The position numbers and the translations under genes are program-made. From positions 310,001 to 373,631 of the forward strand of contig CAJINV010000014.1 of the NCBI GenBank assembly GCA_905178155.1: a stretch of DNA of 63,631 bases, in the 5' to 3' direction. Each line of letters opens with the position of its first letter. Positions within the stretch are counted from its first letter, which is position 1. The notes beneath the pieces are model-generated. The model did not search any database. It was not told the origin of the DNA and saw nothing but the letters and a program-made list of their open reading frames with translations. Positions 62,201 through 63,631 of the stretch are shown piece by piece. The DNA is from Amoebophrya sp. A120. Its lineage: Eukaryota > Protista > Dinoflagellata.

Positions 62201-63119
62201 GGAGCGCACTGTTAGTACTCTGGAATCCTGTACTAGTTGCCCGTTTGTTAAAATTTCTCACGTCAAGAACCTGCTGGGTGAGCTGTTGCACTTCTTCGGA
62301 GGAGATTTTATTGTTTGTTTTAAGCTGCCGAGAAAGATGAATCTGGTCGCTCCTCGTTGATGCGTCGAAAAAGCGGAAAGCATCTTCTCTTTCCCGTCCA
62401 AGTCCAACACCCGATGAACCTTGCTTCATGATTTCATCCGCTTCCTCCAGATACTCCAGCATGTCGTCTCGTCCCGGCAAATAAAACGCTGATGGATCGT
62501 AGAAAAACGCAGGAGGTGGTCTGGTTTCCATTTGTTCGAATCCATCCCCAGAAGCTGCTAGTTGGTGCGAGGATCCCCGCGTCCCAGCGACGGGCCGCGC
62601 TGATGCGGACTGCGGTCGTGGGCGCTGCGCTGAAGAGGTTCTGTGCAGAGCTGCAATTCCGCCAGATGTGGAAGTCGGTGTTCTAGTTTTGTCCTTGTTC
62701 GCTTCTTATCAAGTACACAAGTGTCTAGGTCTGGAAAAGTGGAACTTGTCATGGTAAATCAGAATCATGCAAAAATCTGTGTTGCATGATGACCAAACAC
62801 TATCCACTTTCGACCAAGCTGAGAGTCCGCAGCTTCTGACGCAGGATAGGCATGATGGAGACCTCGCAGAATATGTCATGCTAGGACCTGCATTCCAAAC
62901 CTCATTGGCCATTCAGAATGTGCATGACTATGACAAGTAGTCTTGCATTCTTCCAGATCCACCAGACATTTTTGCATTTGATACTTCTTCCTCCTTTCGA
63001 ATCGCTCCGGCGGACTGGGCGCGCTGCAAAGTGGTCCGGTTTGTTCTCCTGCCACCCGATAGGACACTTTTTCGCGATCGCTCGTCTATGACCATCACCG
63101 GGTAGGAGCTCTCGGACAC
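59253..63119 (-). CDS. Large acidic low-complexity hypothetical protein; 5' end unresolved
   Basis: ORFs 62928-63119, 60021-62531 (frame open up to ~62700) and 59253-59867 join in frame after removing elements 62707-62983 and 59822-60083. Confidence 0.65.
59822..60083. mobile_element. Introner family A
   Basis: tatcaaatgtaaaaatgtctgggtctggaaga..tcttccagacccagacatttttgcatttgata; TSD cgatg. Confidence 0.92.
62707..62983. mobile_element. Introner family A
   Basis: tatcaagtacacaagtgtct..agacatttttgcatttgata; TSD cttct; restores KEEEA|NK. Confidence 0.85.
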
Positions 63120-63507
63120 ACGGATGGCGAACCTGGTGTGGTTGCATTTGATGATAGTGGTCGCACATCACCAATTTTCAAAGTACTTGCCAGCTCATCT
63201 GAGGACACCACACACGATACTGCACATGGTCATGGTGGCATCCAACGCACTAGGTCGATGAAAAACGAACAAGATCGGTTTCCGGGTTTCTTAGTGAAAT
63301 GATGAAGCCGGTACTAGTACAAATTTCGGTTTTACTTTTATGAATGTCGCGCCCGGAGGGCGATATTGGTAACCAAATGCGTGCGCGAAAATCTAACCAG
63401 CGCGAAAGCCTAGCCAGCCGCGCTTTCGCCGCGCGGCTGCCACCACCATTTCTTTTTAATTAGAACCCCACTTCTATCCCGGGTCATCGGAGGCTTCCGG
63501 ATTCGCA

Positions 63508-63631
63508 TTCAAAGCTTATCGCAGGAGCCTGCGGGCCGCCGCGGGCTCCACCACTTCCCCGCGGCCCTAAAGGGCCGCGGACAACTACTGTCGCCCGCGG
63601 CGGCCCACAGGCTCCTGCGATAAGCATTGAA
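63508..63631. repeat. GC-rich palindrome centred at 63569/63570, truncated by the window end
   Basis: 39-bp outer arms 63508-63546/63593-63631 (2 mismatches) and inner hairpin ccgcggccct-aa-agggccgcgg share the same centre. Confidence 0.85.

Noticed and set aside
1-63631. tRNA, rRNA, snRNA or dinoflagellate spliced-leader copies
   Set aside because: None recognised by eye; an Rfam/tRNAscan search would be needed to exclude them.

Overview
Eukaryotic (alveolate) genomic DNA, most consistent with the parasitic dinoflagellate Amoebophrya (Syndiniales); the taxon is inferred, not proven. About ten protein-coding genes all lie on the minus strand: CFAP251/WDR66, a two-pore K+ channel, a coiled-coil protein, a giant WD40 (TFIIIC-like?) protein, a Tpt1/KptA-N-lobe protein, a membrane RING ligase, a small membrane protein, Misato/DML1, RPL30, a possible UMP1-like gene and a low-complexity protein. 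The dominant structure is about 40 non-GT-AG introns that look like non-autonomous DNA transposons (introners). Nearly all start TA(T/C), end (A/G)TA, carry terminal inverted repeats (TIRs) and sit between 5-bp direct repeats (TSDs). Removing the element plus one TSD copy restores the reading frame in every junction I translated by hand. At least 8 TIR families occur, the same family occurs in both orientations within minus-strand genes, and the short families share an internal TTTGT(C/G/A)ATGC motif. A 1088-bp long-TIR element and a fully palindromic 290-bp element also act as introns. IR/DR-bounded introners are already reported for Amoebophrya, so the possible novelty lies in these specific details. 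Coordinates were counted by hand and may be off by a few bases.
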